From sequence record NZ_CP085281.1: a stretch of DNA of 64,000 bases; one strand, 5' to 3'. Origin of the DNA: a plasmid. Positions 29,442-39,120 of the stretch are shown here, piece after piece (position 1 is the first letter of the stretch; each line of letters begins with the position of its first letter). Both the position numbers and the translations under genes were made by a program. The notes beneath the pieces were generated by a model. That model made no database searches. It was not told where the DNA came from and saw only the letters and a program-made list of their open reading frames with translations.

Positions 29442-29596
29442 CTCTCCCCGCAAAATCAGAAGGCATGATCGGCCTGTTATCCGATCGCCTGTCAGCTGTC
29501 GCTTCGGGCATTCCCCGAAGCCATTCTCCCAGCGTTCACCAGCACACTAGCGCACGATTTTGGCCAAACTCGGCGCCGATTACTGCCCGTTTTCCA

Positions 29597-29614
29597 GCAC
29601 CGATGCCACGTCCC
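29597..29614. promoter_or_regulatory. Copy of the recurring motif (GCACCGATGCCACGTCCC) upstream of the EspI-like gene.
   Basis: Read directly. Confidence 0.4.
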
Positions 29615-29615
29615 G

Positions 29616-30464
29616 TCACCGTTGGCCACCGTGGGTAGCGAACCAGTTGCGGCTGGGGGTCAGTTGCACCAGATCGGCCATCGCGGCCCGGAAGCGAGCG
29701 AAGGTGCCCGGCCCGAAAGTCACCCACAGGCGGGAACCCTGCCGCCCGACCGCCGACAGGACCCGGCCGTAGGAGGTGTCGGCGACGAAGACTCCGGCCT
29801 TGGTGTCGACGGTTTCGATGCCGCGGTTCTCGCGCATGACGATCTCGCATCGCTGACCCGAGTAGGACGACACCTCGTTGAGGATCTTGGCGGTCTGCAC
29901 ATCGACGCCCAGCTCTCCGCGCAACGCCCGCAGCATGTCCCCCGGCGTCGTGGCCGCCGAGAGTTCGGCGACTTGCTCCAGGGGGAAGGTCACCGATTCG
30001 AACTCCGCCGGCGGCGGCGCGAGCACCTCGGGCGATTCACGCATCGCCGACCAGATGGGCGTGGACACGACGTCGTCGAGGGATTGGGTCGTCGACCACA
30101 CGGCCTGGATGAGGACCTCATCGTTGCGCCGCAACGCCATCACGTGCGTCTCGCCCTGGCGGGCGACCACCGCGCGCCGCATGCGGTCTTCCTGCATTCC
30201 TCGCAAGGTCACCTCGATGTCGGGGCGTTCGAGCACCCGCATCCAGGAAGCGAGGGTGGGATCGACGTTGGCGTCGATGTCGATCAGTCCCGCGTCGATG
30301 AGCAGCGGAACGGTTTCGTCGTCGACGAGGACTTGGTCTTGGGGGTAGTACACGTTGTTCATCAGCGCCAGCACTGGTGGCAGGCTGTCGATGTCCATCA
30401 GCCGCTTGATGAACAGCGCAGAGTCCACGCTCAGATGCGCAGCTGCCAGGATGTCTCGTGCCAT
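29616..30464 (-). CDS. espG: EspG-family ESX secretion-associated (PPE chaperone) protein.
   Basis: 282 aa, positioned between esxA-like and eccD as in ESX-3/ESX-5. Size and composition fit EspG. Confidence 0.7.
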   Translation of the reverse strand: MARDILAAAHLSVDSALFIKRLMDIDSLPPVLALMNNVYYPQDQVLVDDETVPLLIDAGLIDIDANVDPTLASWMRVLERPDIEVTLRGMQEDRMRRAVVARQGETHVMALRRNDEVLIQAVWSTTQSLDDVVSTPIWSAMRESPEVLAPPPAEFESVTFPLEQVAELSAATTPGDMLRALRGELGVDVQTAKILNEVSSYSGQRCEIVMRENRGIETVDTKAGVFVADTSYGRVLSAVGRQGSRLWVTFGPGTFARFRAAMADLVQLTPSRNWFATHGGQR

Positions 30465-30548
30465 AGCGGCGATGCTACCTGCGCGGACAGGTCATTTTGG
30501 TTGCGCCTCAACACTTTTCACAAAGCCACACGGGACGGTGCACGCAGG

Positions 30549-30590
30549 AAGGCGCCCCGACCCATCGGCGAACGTGGATCGGGGCGCCTT
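30549..30590 (-). terminator. 12-bp perfect stem AAGGCGCCCCGA-N18-TCGGGGCGCCTT just downstream of esxA-like.
   Basis: Read directly. Confidence 0.5.
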
Positions 30591-30612
30591 GCCCGAGAGT
30601 GCATGGGCCGGG

Positions 30613-30912
30613 TCAGCCCGGGAAGTAGCCCATCATCTGCTTCTCGTTGGTGCCCATTCCCTGGGTACCGCTGTGGTAGGCGTTCACCCCACGCTGGACG
30701 ACCTCGATGGTGTCCTGCTGCGCGTGCTCGAACTTGGTGAAGCAGTCCTGGAACGTGGTGGCCGTGTCGCCGTGGAAGCTGGCCAGCAGGGTCTGCTTGT
30801 TGGCCCGAGCGGAGTCGAGCAGTCCCTGCGCGGTGGTGCCGCAGTGCTGCAGCTGGCTGGCGATGCCCTCCATGAGCGGGTAGTTGTAGTGAACGTCTTC
30901 CGAAGTGGCCAT
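30613..30912 (-). CDS. WXG100/ESAT-6-family protein (second of the pair, esxA-like).
   Basis: 99 aa, helical. RBS AAGGAGAC. Paired with the upstream 109-aa WXG100 gene. Confidence 0.8.
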   Translation of the reverse strand: MATSEDVHYNYPLMEGIASQLQHCGTTAQGLLDSARANKQTLLASFHGDTATTFQDCFTKFEHAQQDTIEVVQRGVNAYHSGTQGMGTNEKQMMGYFPG

Positions 30913-30972
30913 GGTGTCAAGTCTCCTTGTGAGTCAGTGGATTTGGGCGGCTGCGGTATCGACTGTCGAGGC

Positions 30973-31302
30973 TTAGTGGAACGGGCTGACGACGCCGGTG
31001 ATGTTGTGGAAGTCGCCGGCGGCCGCGGCCTCCTGCGCGTCGGTCGATCCGATGCCGAAGTGCAGCGCCTCACGGATCTGGTCGAAGGTCGTGTTGTTGG
31101 TGACGGCGGTCGTGTGGATGTCGTCGAGCCAGCTCTGGAAGGCGTTCGACATCTGACCGCGGTTGGCGGCCTGGGCGCTGTCGGCGATGACCAACATCTG
31201 CTTGTTGTTGGCCGACGCCGCGTCGACGATGCCCTGGAAGCTGGCGGTCTGGGCCTGCTGGACTGCCATATCCATGTTGAATGGCATGCCACTGCTGCTC
31301 AT
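30973..31302 (-). CDS. WXG100/CFP-10-family protein (first of the pair, esxB-like).
   Basis: 109 aa from ATG 31302-31300 (MSSSGMPFNMDMAVQQAQ…). RBS GGAGAC. The 253-aa ORF 30973..31734 is an over-extension. Confidence 0.8.
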   Translation of the reverse strand: MSSSGMPFNMDMAVQQAQTASFQGIVDAASANNKQMLVIADSAQAANRGQMSNAFQSWLDDIHTTAVTNNTTFDQIREALHFGIGSTDAQEAAAAGDFHNITGVVSPFH

Positions 31303-31420
31303 GAGTGTCTCCGTTTCTCTGAAATGGTGGTGGTGATGCCGCTCCTGGATGGACACGCCAGCATGGCGCGCTGCGCTCCGAACAGCCTTGAGCGCAAGTT
31401 GGTGTGGTCGCCCGCTGTCA

Positions 31421-32779
31421 TCAGCTGGCCTCCTTGGCGTCGGTCTGACGCTCGGTGACCAGAGCACCAGCCGACACGGTTTCTTCCTCGTCGGGAGTAT
31501 GTCCCCAGATCGGAATGAGTTCGGTGTCAGGGCGTTTGACAGTGGCAGCCTTGTCCTCGTCGCGGCGGCGGGACCCGTGCAGCGGCATGCCCGAACCGCC
31601 GGGACGCATCGCCGGGGCGCCGGACGGGGAGGCGGGCACCGAGGGCGGCGCCGATCCTGGAAGGGGTCCGTCCCATCCGCCCGGAAAGCGGAATCCCGTT
31701 GACGCGCCGGACAACCCAGCGAGGCTGGGCACACGGATGGCCGCGGTGATCCCGGTCCCGCCGGAACTGCCCGCCAGTCGGTCCAGCGTCGGCGAGGACG
31801 GCTGGGTGTCGAAGAAGCCGGGGTTGTCCAGCCGGTGCTCGGGGGATACCTGCTTCATCAGGTTACTGATCTGCGACCCGAACTGCTGACCGACTTGTTG
31901 GCCGACCTGCTGGACCTGCTGGACGGCCTGTTGCGGCATCTGCGCAGCCTGCTGGGCTCCCGAGGCGATCTGCTGGGGAAGCTGCTGGATCAGCTGCTTG
32001 CCCATGTTCTGCTCGGTCGTCCGGTCGGACTCACGTTGAATGCTGTTCTCGCGGTAGCGAGCCACTGCGGCCTGCGCTTCGGCCTTCTGGGCGCCGTCGG
32101 CAGTACGTTGGGCCATCCAGCTGGCCATGGAGGCCAGGCCGCCCACCCTGCCCTTGAGTTGCGCGGCCATGTTCTGGGCTTTGATCGCCTGCAGCTGCAC
32201 GCGGTCGGTGGCCGCCATGGCGGCGTTGATGGCTTGGGTGATCAGCGGGGGGAAGCTAGTGACACCGGTCAGCGGCGGCAGTTTGGTGAACGGTTCGAAG
32301 GTGGTGTTGGCGACCGTCTGGGCCAGGTAGTTGGTCTGCACGGCGATGTCCTGCATCCACATCTCCTGGTACTGACCTTCCCGGACACCGATGGGGATGG
32401 CGTTCATGCCGAGGAAGTTGGTCATGTACAGCACTGCCGTGGTGACCCGGTTCTCCACGATTTCGACCATTTGGGCCATCGTGGTGTAGGCCTCGGTGAA
32501 GGCTGCGGCTTGCGCGCCGGTGCGGGCGGCGGAGGTGAGGATCTGGGCCTGCAGCATCCGGTTGACCATGATGAACCGCACGACGGTGCGTTGCATGGCC
32601 ATCGCCGCTTCGCCCTGCCATGAGGCCGCCAGGTAGGCCAGCATCGCGGTGAGGCGATCGATGGAGACTTCGTAAGCCGTTGCCGCGGCGGTGAATTCGG
32701 TGGACGCTGCGGTCATCGGGGCCGCGCCGGCACCGGACATCAGGCGCCCGGTGATGACTTCGGGAGGACCGAACACCAT
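31421..32779 (-). CDS. PPE-family protein.
   Basis: PPE-like N-terminus MVFGPPEVITGRLMSGAGAAPM…, ~180-aa PPE domain. RBS GGAGGGG. Confidence 0.9.
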   Translation of the reverse strand: MVFGPPEVITGRLMSGAGAAPMTAASTEFTAAATAYEVSIDRLTAMLAYLAASWQGEAAMAMQRTVVRFIMVNRMLQAQILTSAARTGAQAAAFTEAYTTMAQMVEIVENRVTTAVLYMTNFLGMNAIPIGVREGQYQEMWMQDIAVQTNYLAQTVANTTFEPFTKLPPLTGVTSFPPLITQAINAAMAATDRVQLQAIKAQNMAAQLKGRVGGLASMASWMAQRTADGAQKAEAQAAVARYRENSIQRESDRTTEQNMGKQLIQQLPQQIASGAQQAAQMPQQAVQQVQQVGQQVGQQFGSQISNLMKQVSPEHRLDNPGFFDTQPSSPTLDRLAGSSGGTGITAAIRVPSLAGLSGASTGFRFPGGWDGPLPGSAPPSVPASPSGAPAMRPGGSGMPLHGSRRRDEDKAATVKRPDTELIPIWGHTPDEEETVSAGALVTERQTDAKEAS

Positions 32780-32899
32780 CAGTGGTTCCCCTCCGCTAGG
32801 CCGTCCCGCAACGTGGTCCCCGGTATCGACGTCGTGTCGATACCGGCCCCCCGCCGCTGCTGTCGGTCCGCAGTCATGATCGTGTGGTGTGGTTCCCGG

Positions 32900-33196
32900 T
32901 TACAGGAACTGGGTCGCGTTGGCGTCGTCGACCATCGAGTAGTTGGCGTCGGCGACGCCGAGCGTTCCGGCGAAGCGGGCCAACTCCAAGAACCCCATGG
33001 CCGAGGTGCCGAGCATGTCCGCCGAGTGTGCGCTGGTGTTGGCGGTGGCCAGGGCTGATGCCTCGTCGGTGCCCGCCGGTGCCGGCGCCATGATGACCGG
33101 GGCGCCGCCGTCGATGACGGCGGCCGTGGTGGCCACGTTGCTGGCCGTTTCGGCGACGCTGGACAACATGACCGGTGATACGACGTTGGTGATCAC
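32900..33196 (-). CDS. PE-family protein.
   Basis: ~99 aa, Ala-rich PE-like domain. GTG at 33196 with GAGG 7 nt upstream. The track's TTG at 33202 is less likely. Confidence 0.7.
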   Translation of the reverse strand: MITNVVSPVMLSSVAETASNVATTAAVIDGGAPVIMAPAPAGTDEASALATANTSAHSADMLGTSAMGFLELARFAGTLGVADANYSMVDDANATQFL

Positions 33197-33342
33197 TAGC
33201 AAACCTCATTCCCCTTGAGCCAAGGATACCGATCCCACGGCAATGTTACCTGTGATGGTAAAACTCGTCACCAGCATACCGCTACCGCAGAGGGGCGGTG
33301 TCGCACTTTTTCCTGCTCCAGGCAGTCCCAGCAGGCGCCGCA

Positions 33343-36300
33343 TCAGTCGCCCAGAGTGTCGTCGTCGCTGTAACGGATACCCGACCAGGCGCTCTGAACT
33401 CGGCCCTTCCGCGCGAAGCCGGGCTCGATGTATCGGGCCCGCCCCGGGATCCCGAAGTTCTCGAACTTGTCGTCGCCGATCTGGCCGTCGAACTTGTTCC
33501 CCGACAGCATCACCGTCGGGACGGCGTCGCCGAGCATTCGCCGCAGCACAGGGTCTCTGTTGATCGCCATGAACAGCTCTTCGGCTGCGCGGGCGATCAC
33601 GAAGTGCATACCGCGGGCCAGCGGCTCGTGGGCCATGGTGTCGTGCAGCTTGAAGAACGCGGGCTGCTCACCCATGGTTCGGGGGTTGGCGAACAGGTGG
33701 TAGTCGTCGACGACGAAGAAGATCTCCGGGCCGGTCCACCACGACCTGGCTGCACGCGTCTCGGCGTCGACGTTGGGCGGCAGGTCACGCTGATCGATCC
33801 TGAAGCGCTCCCACAGCTTCATCACCGATTCCCGCAGCTCGTCGTCGTTGGTGACGTAGGCGAACAGGTTCTTCTCGCTGATCTTGCCCAGGTGCCGGCG
33901 CCGGGGGTCGATGAAGATGACCGCCGCCTCGTCCAGGCCGCCGGGGAACCGACGCGTAATGCTGTCGTACACCGCCCCGATGGCCTCGCTCTTGCCCGAT
34001 TTGGCGTTGCCGGCGATGAGCAGGTGCGGTTCGCGCCACATCTCGGCGTAGGCCGGGGTGAGACGCTCCTCCTGAATACCGAAGGCGATGCGCAAGCGCC
34101 GCCGCGGGTCCCATCGTCCTTCGCGCTCGATCGCCTTCTCGTCGGCCTCCTTGACCATGACCGCGAGCTGCTCGTAGGTCAGCGACGTCGGCAGGGTCCG
34201 CAGGCGTTCGGCGGAGCTGGCGGCGAACTGCTGGGCGATTTGGCCCACCAGGGCGGTCATGCCTTCGTTGGTGGTGCTCGGGTCGTAGATGCCGTCGATG
34301 CGGGGCAGGGCAACCAGACCCTGGAGTTCGCTTCCCTTCGCCAAGGCGTGCCCGGGCGCGTTGCGGCGCTTCTTGGCCAAGGCGTTGTCGATGCGCGAGA
34401 ACTCCGTATCGGAGTGCAGCTCGATGATGCTGTTCATGTGCGGTTCGATGTCGCGCATTTCCACGACACGGGAGGTGGACAGCACCAGGTGCACGCCGTA
34501 GTTGAGGGCACCCACGATGAGCGATCCGACCTCGCTACCGCGGTACTGCAGGACCTGCCCTTCGCCCACGGCCGCATCCCACCCGTCAATCATGATGTAG
34601 ACGTCGCCGTAGCGGTCCTCGTTGAGCAGCGGATAGTCGGGGTTGGTGCGCAACCGCCGGTAGTCGGCCATGGTGCTGATCTTGTGATCGCGGAAGAGCC
34701 GTTCCCGGTCGGTGATCATGGTGCGGATCTGCAGGAGCATCCGGTTGATGGCGTCGGGCTCGGCGCGGGTGGCAACGCCGCCAACGTGCGGGAGATCGGC
34801 CAAGGGGCCCAGGCCGCCGCCGGCGTAGTCCACCAGGTACATCTGCACCTGCTCGGGGGTGTTGTGCAACGCCAGCGAGCACGCCAGAGTCTTGATCGCC
34901 GTGGACTTGCCCTTCTGCGCGCCGCCGATGATCAAGACGTTCTGATCGGTGGTGTCGACCGTCCAGACGGGCTGGGCATGCTTGATCGGATCGTCGAACA
35001 GCCCCATCGGTACCTTGAGCTTGGGTAGCGCAGTGTTGGCGGGCACCGCCCAGTTCCTCAACGCGGGCTCGGTCTGATCGAGGGTCTTGACCTCCAGCGG
35101 TGGCAGCCACATCCGGTACGGCGGCGGGAAGTCCGCCGAGCGCAGACGGTCGACCACGGTGGTGAAGATGGTCGGGGCGTTCTCGAGTTCCTCTTCGGTG
35201 TGTTCCAGTTCGCTGACCACCTCGACCGAATCGTCGGCGGTCTTGGGCAGCGGCGCCTCGATCGCCGTGAACGCCTGCGGGCCTACGAAACCACCTTCAT
35301 CGGAGCGGGTTTGGGCACGCTCGACGATGGCCTCCGAGGCCGGCGGGAAGTACGCCGCACCGGTGAAGCCGGCGTAGAACTGCGTTAGCTCACCGACCCG
35401 GTCACCGGCACTTGGGAGCAGGATGCCGTGCCCGGGGGTGCCCGGCAGGCGGTAGGCGGCATCGGAGCTGTCCAGCAGGGCCCGCGATTCCTGCGGAGTT
35501 TGGGTCTTCAGGCCGATCTTGTAGCCGATGTTGGACTCCAGCCCGCTGGTGCGGCCCGAGATGTCGAGGTTCTGCGAGGCGAACAGCAGATAGATGCCCA
35601 GCGAGCGGCCGACGCGGCCGATGCGCTTGAACAGCGGGCCGAAGTCGGGGTGCGCGGCGAGCAGCTCGGCGAACTCGTCGATGATCACGAACAGCGACGG
35701 CAGCGGAGGCAGGTCGACACCACGTTCACGCAGCTGCTCGTAGTCGCGAATGTCCTTGACGTCGTAGCGGTTACTCAGCTCATCGGCACCGCGCAGAACC
35801 GCGAACCGGCGGGCGATCTCGCCGTCGATCATCTCCGCCATACGAGACACCAGGTGAGCTTCTTGCTCCATGTTGGTAATGACCGCCGTCACGTGCGGCA
35901 GATCGCCCATGCCCAGGAACGTCGGGCCGCCCTTGAAGTCCACCAGTAGCAAGTTGAGCATGTCCGGCGAATGCGAGACGCACGCATTGATCACCAAGTT
36001 GCGCAGGAACTCCGACTTACCCGACCCGGTGGTGCCCAGCAGCTGCCCATGCGGCCCGGTACCGCCGTCGGCGGCCTGCTTGATGTCCAAATCGAGCCGG
36101 TCACCGTTGGACAGGAACCCAATGGGGATGCGCAGCCGGCGCTTGTCGCCGTAGCGGCTGATCGCACTCCAGATTTCGATCGGATCCAGCGCACCCGGAT
36201 CCCGCACCCTCATCAGGGTCTGCCAATCACGGCCGCGCTCGGACTGCTTGGCTTGGCGTCCAAGGCTGGTCAGCGAGGCCACCTCGTATTTGGCCAGCTG

Positions 36301-37521
36301 CCGCGCGGTCGTGCGCGCATCGGTCAGCGACACCTGGTCGGCCACAGCGACTTTGGTGGGTTCAGCCAGCGGCTTGTCGGCTTCAGTGCGCCACACCGTG
36401 CGGTCAGCGTCGCATCGCAGCACGATGCCTTCACTGGAAGTCAGGGCGTTGTCCGGCGGATTGACCATCAGCCAGGTCACCGCCGCTCTCGGCGCGATGA
36501 CCGAGTCGATCAGCTTGTCGGTCACCGTCGAGTCGACGACCACCAGGACGTGGCGGTACTTGTCATTGGTGAATTCGACGTGGGGATCGAAGTTCAGCGT
36601 GAAGTCGATGATCTTGGCGGGATCATCGTCATCCTCGCCGCCAACCCCGGCCGTCAGCGTCGACCAGTCCGAGTACATCATTCGCGCGCTGCCGAGTCGG
36701 TCGAGCTTGAGCGGATGCTGGGTGTGGGGCAGCCATTTCATCCACGACCATTGCGGGCCGTCGGGATCGTCGGTGAGCACGACCATGGCCAGGTTGTCTG
36801 GGCCGTGGGTGACCGCGGCGTGCAGCAGCATCGCGCGCAGCATGCCCAGCGCCACCTCGCGCTCACCAGAGAACCCGATGATCGGGAAGCGGGCAGTCGC
36901 CAGCGCCAACGGCATCGACGACACGGTGGAGTGGTGTCGCAGGAAGCGGACGGTCTGGACCCAGCCGACCGGCTCCAGGAACTCCCCCGGAGGGGCTTCG
37001 GGGGCCACGATCCGCGCCGCCAACTCCACCTCACCGAGCCCGTAGCGCAGCGCGGTGTATGCGTCGTTGGTGGGGGTGACTTCCCACATGCGTTCGGTCC
37101 CAATGAGACTGGGCAGGATGACTGGGTCCGGAAAGGTGTGCTGGAGTCCTTCGTGCATGCTCAGGCCGCGGTCGAACACCTTCTCGCGGGTGACGCCCAG
37201 GCCGCGGGTTTGCGCCTTGCGATCGGCCAGCAGTTGGGCCCGTGAGGTACCGCCGCCGCTTTGGCCCGACATCATGCCACCCATGCTGGCGATGATCATC
37301 AGCGGGAACAGGACCATCATGGGGTTGAAGCGCCCCGAGCGCAGCATCAGCGCGACCATGCCGGCTACTGCCACCAGCATGAACAGCGGCATGCCGATCG
37401 TTTTCAGCTTGGATGCCGGCTCGCCTTCCTCGATTTCCTTGGGCGGCGGCACGGCAACCTCGTCACGGGAGATCCGCGGCGGCGCAACCGGTGTGAACGG
37501 TCTGTTGAAGCTGATACGCAC
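33343..37521 (-). CDS. eccC: ESX FtsK/SpoIIIE-family ATPase EccC (three P-loop domains).
   Basis: 1392 aa. N-terminal TM helices. Three NTPase domains (GTTGSGKSEFL, GGAQKGKST, AGNAKSGKSE). Confidence 0.95.
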   Translation of the reverse strand: MRISFNRPFTPVAPPRISRDEVAVPPPKEIEEGEPASKLKTIGMPLFMLVAVAGMVALMLRSGRFNPMMVLFPLMIIASMGGMMSGQSGGGTSRAQLLADRKAQTRGLGVTREKVFDRGLSMHEGLQHTFPDPVILPSLIGTERMWEVTPTNDAYTALRYGLGEVELAARIVAPEAPPGEFLEPVGWVQTVRFLRHHSTVSSMPLALATARFPIIGFSGEREVALGMLRAMLLHAAVTHGPDNLAMVVLTDDPDGPQWSWMKWLPHTQHPLKLDRLGSARMMYSDWSTLTAGVGGEDDDDPAKIIDFTLNFDPHVEFTNDKYRHVLVVVDSTVTDKLIDSVIAPRAAVTWLMVNPPDNALTSSEGIVLRCDADRTVWRTEADKPLAEPTKVAVADQVSLTDARTTARQLAKYEVASLTSLGRQAKQSERGRDWQTLMRVRDPGALDPIEIWSAISRYGDKRRLRIPIGFLSNGDRLDLDIKQAADGGTGPHGQLLGTTGSGKSEFLRNLVINACVSHSPDMLNLLLVDFKGGPTFLGMGDLPHVTAVITNMEQEAHLVSRMAEMIDGEIARRFAVLRGADELSNRYDVKDIRDYEQLRERGVDLPPLPSLFVIIDEFAELLAAHPDFGPLFKRIGRVGRSLGIYLLFASQNLDISGRTSGLESNIGYKIGLKTQTPQESRALLDSSDAAYRLPGTPGHGILLPSAGDRVGELTQFYAGFTGAAYFPPASEAIVERAQTRSDEGGFVGPQAFTAIEAPLPKTADDSVEVVSELEHTEEELENAPTIFTTVVDRLRSADFPPPYRMWLPPLEVKTLDQTEPALRNWAVPANTALPKLKVPMGLFDDPIKHAQPVWTVDTTDQNVLIIGGAQKGKSTAIKTLACSLALHNTPEQVQMYLVDYAGGGLGPLADLPHVGGVATRAEPDAINRMLLQIRTMITDRERLFRDHKISTMADYRRLRTNPDYPLLNEDRYGDVYIMIDGWDAAVGEGQVLQYRGSEVGSLIVGALNYGVHLVLSTSRVVEMRDIEPHMNSIIELHSDTEFSRIDNALAKKRRNAPGHALAKGSELQGLVALPRIDGIYDPSTTNEGMTALVGQIAQQFAASSAERLRTLPTSLTYEQLAVMVKEADEKAIEREGRWDPRRRLRIAFGIQEERLTPAYAEMWREPHLLIAGNAKSGKSEAIGAVYDSITRRFPGGLDEAAVIFIDPRRRHLGKISEKNLFAYVTNDDELRESVMKLWERFRIDQRDLPPNVDAETRAARSWWTGPEIFFVVDDYHLFANPRTMGEQPAFFKLHDTMAHEPLARGMHFVIARAAEELFMAINRDPVLRRMLGDAVPTVMLSGNKFDGQIGDDKFENFGIPGRARYIEPGFARKGRVQSAWSGIRYSDDDTLGD

Positions 37522-37522
37522 C

Positions 37523-39106
37523 CTACTTCACTTCCTTCTTGTCCAGGCCGGCGACGATCGGGTTAGGTGGCATACCGTCGTGGCGGATGAGCGCGTCCTT
37601 CTGCGACAGCGTCGGGCCCGGGGCGAACAGTGAGACCACCACCCACGGAGCGGGTACCGGATAGTGCAGTTTCAGCGCGGTCAGGGTGACGTCCCCGGAT
37701 TCCCTGTCGGAGGTGTCCAGCCCGAACCGCACACCCGTGTCGGCGATCCAGAAGTAGGACTCACGCAGCCGTGAATCCGTTGCCGCACTGGTCACTTGGA
37801 CGAACCGACCGGTTGTCGATGGCATGTACACCTGGTCGGCGGTCATGCCCTCCGACGATGGCGCGGAGACCATCGGCACCAACGCCTTGACCTGCTGCGG
37901 TGTGAGCGGCAGGGTGCGCCCGGTGATGACTTCGGTGCGGGAGGTGGGGTCGTCTCCGTAGTGCGACCACGACCAGCAGGTGACCGGCTCGTTGTCGGCG
38001 TCGACCAGCTGCACCGCGTCCTGCGGGTAGAACGACACCGCCAGCTGCGTGGACTTCGGGAACGCGGCCAATGCGTCGGGCCCGACCTCGATGGGGGCGG
38101 TGCTGACTTGGGGATTGGCTGCCCGGATCATCGTCGCCGCGGTCAGGCTCACTTGCTGCACACCGTCGGGCAGCGTGGCGTAGTAGGTCTTCTGACCAGC
38201 CAAGTCACGCGCGGTCAAGATGGACCCCACCGTCAGCGGCTTGTCCCCGGCGAACGCCGGGCGGTCACCAACACCGGCGATGGCTGGGGCCACCAGTGGC
38301 GGTTCGGCCGGGATCGCGTTGAACAGGCCCTGCGAGATCGGCAGCACCAGATCGCTGGCCTTGAGTCCGAGCGCATCAGCGACGATGGGGTCGGTGATGT
38401 TGACCGTCGAGCGCACCACCACCCCGTCGGGTCGCGAGTAGATCAGCCAGGTGCGGTTGTCGTAACCCACCAGCCGCGCCTGGTTGCCACCCATCGTCGC
38501 GGTGTCGGCGCCCTTGGTGAGCGGGCCGCCGATCGCGGTGGTGGTGACCGGGGATCGCGCCGTGGTCGGCAAACCCGAAACCGGATCCAGCGGCACCGCG
38601 GCACCGGTCATCGTGGTGTCGCACACTGTCCAGATCGACGACGAATCCTGCACGTCACGAATATCGTTGGGGGCGCCGGGAATTCCAACAAGAGAGCCGC
38701 GCGGGTACTTGTCGATCTCGGCGGCACTGGCTTTCACCGGATTGTCTGGTTGGCCGACGATCAGCCGCGCGGAGGTCAGGTTGGTCACTGGATCGAGGCG
38801 GTCACCGACACGGATGTAGAGCGCCCCGGTGTCCTTGTCGGCGACGATCTTGGCGTCCTTGACCTGACCGGCCGGGGAGAACAGACCCCACACCACCGCG
38901 CCGATGCACACCACGATCCCGAGTGCGATACCCAGCACCAGGGGTGAAGCTTGCTGACGCTGAGGGTCGTCGATCATGCGGGTGTCGCGGCGGACCAGAG
39001 CATGCTGCAGGCGGCGGTAGAGGAATCGCCACCCGGTGACCTGATACTTCGCCGTGAGCCGGAAGCCACGGCGGCGACGCTGCTCGGGCCCTTCCAGTTC
39101 AGCCAC
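37523..39106 (-). CDS. eccB: ESX membrane protein EccB.
   Basis: N-terminus …GFRLTAKYQVTGWRFLYRRLQHALVRRD…, single TM, large periplasmic domain. Confidence 0.9.
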   Translation of the reverse strand: MAELEGPEQRRRRGFRLTAKYQVTGWRFLYRRLQHALVRRDTRMIDDPQRQQASPLVLGIALGIVVCIGAVVWGLFSPAGQVKDAKIVADKDTGALYIRVGDRLDPVTNLTSARLIVGQPDNPVKASAAEIDKYPRGSLVGIPGAPNDIRDVQDSSSIWTVCDTTMTGAAVPLDPVSGLPTTARSPVTTTAIGGPLTKGADTATMGGNQARLVGYDNRTWLIYSRPDGVVVRSTVNITDPIVADALGLKASDLVLPISQGLFNAIPAEPPLVAPAIAGVGDRPAFAGDKPLTVGSILTARDLAGQKTYYATLPDGVQQVSLTAATMIRAANPQVSTAPIEVGPDALAAFPKSTQLAVSFYPQDAVQLVDADNEPVTCWSWSHYGDDPTSRTEVITGRTLPLTPQQVKALVPMVSAPSSEGMTADQVYMPSTTGRFVQVTSAATDSRLRESYFWIADTGVRFGLDTSDRESGDVTLTALKLHYPVPAPWVVVSLFAPGPTLSQKDALIRHDGMPPNPIVAGLDKKEVK

Positions 39107-39120
39107 AGCTGCTCTCCCGA

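Noticed and set aside
30973-31734. 253-aa ORF over the esxB-like gene.
   Set aside because: Over-extension through His/Arg-rich junk. The genuine WXG100 gene is the last 109 codons, with an RBS and ATG at 31302.
33785-36154. Numerous ORFs of 60-400 aa antisense to or overlapping eccC, eccB and eccA (for example 33298..35028 +, 35971..37245 +, 37796..38947 +).
   Set aside because: Typical high-GC antisense ORFs inside strongly supported Ecc genes, with Arg/Gly/His-rich composition.
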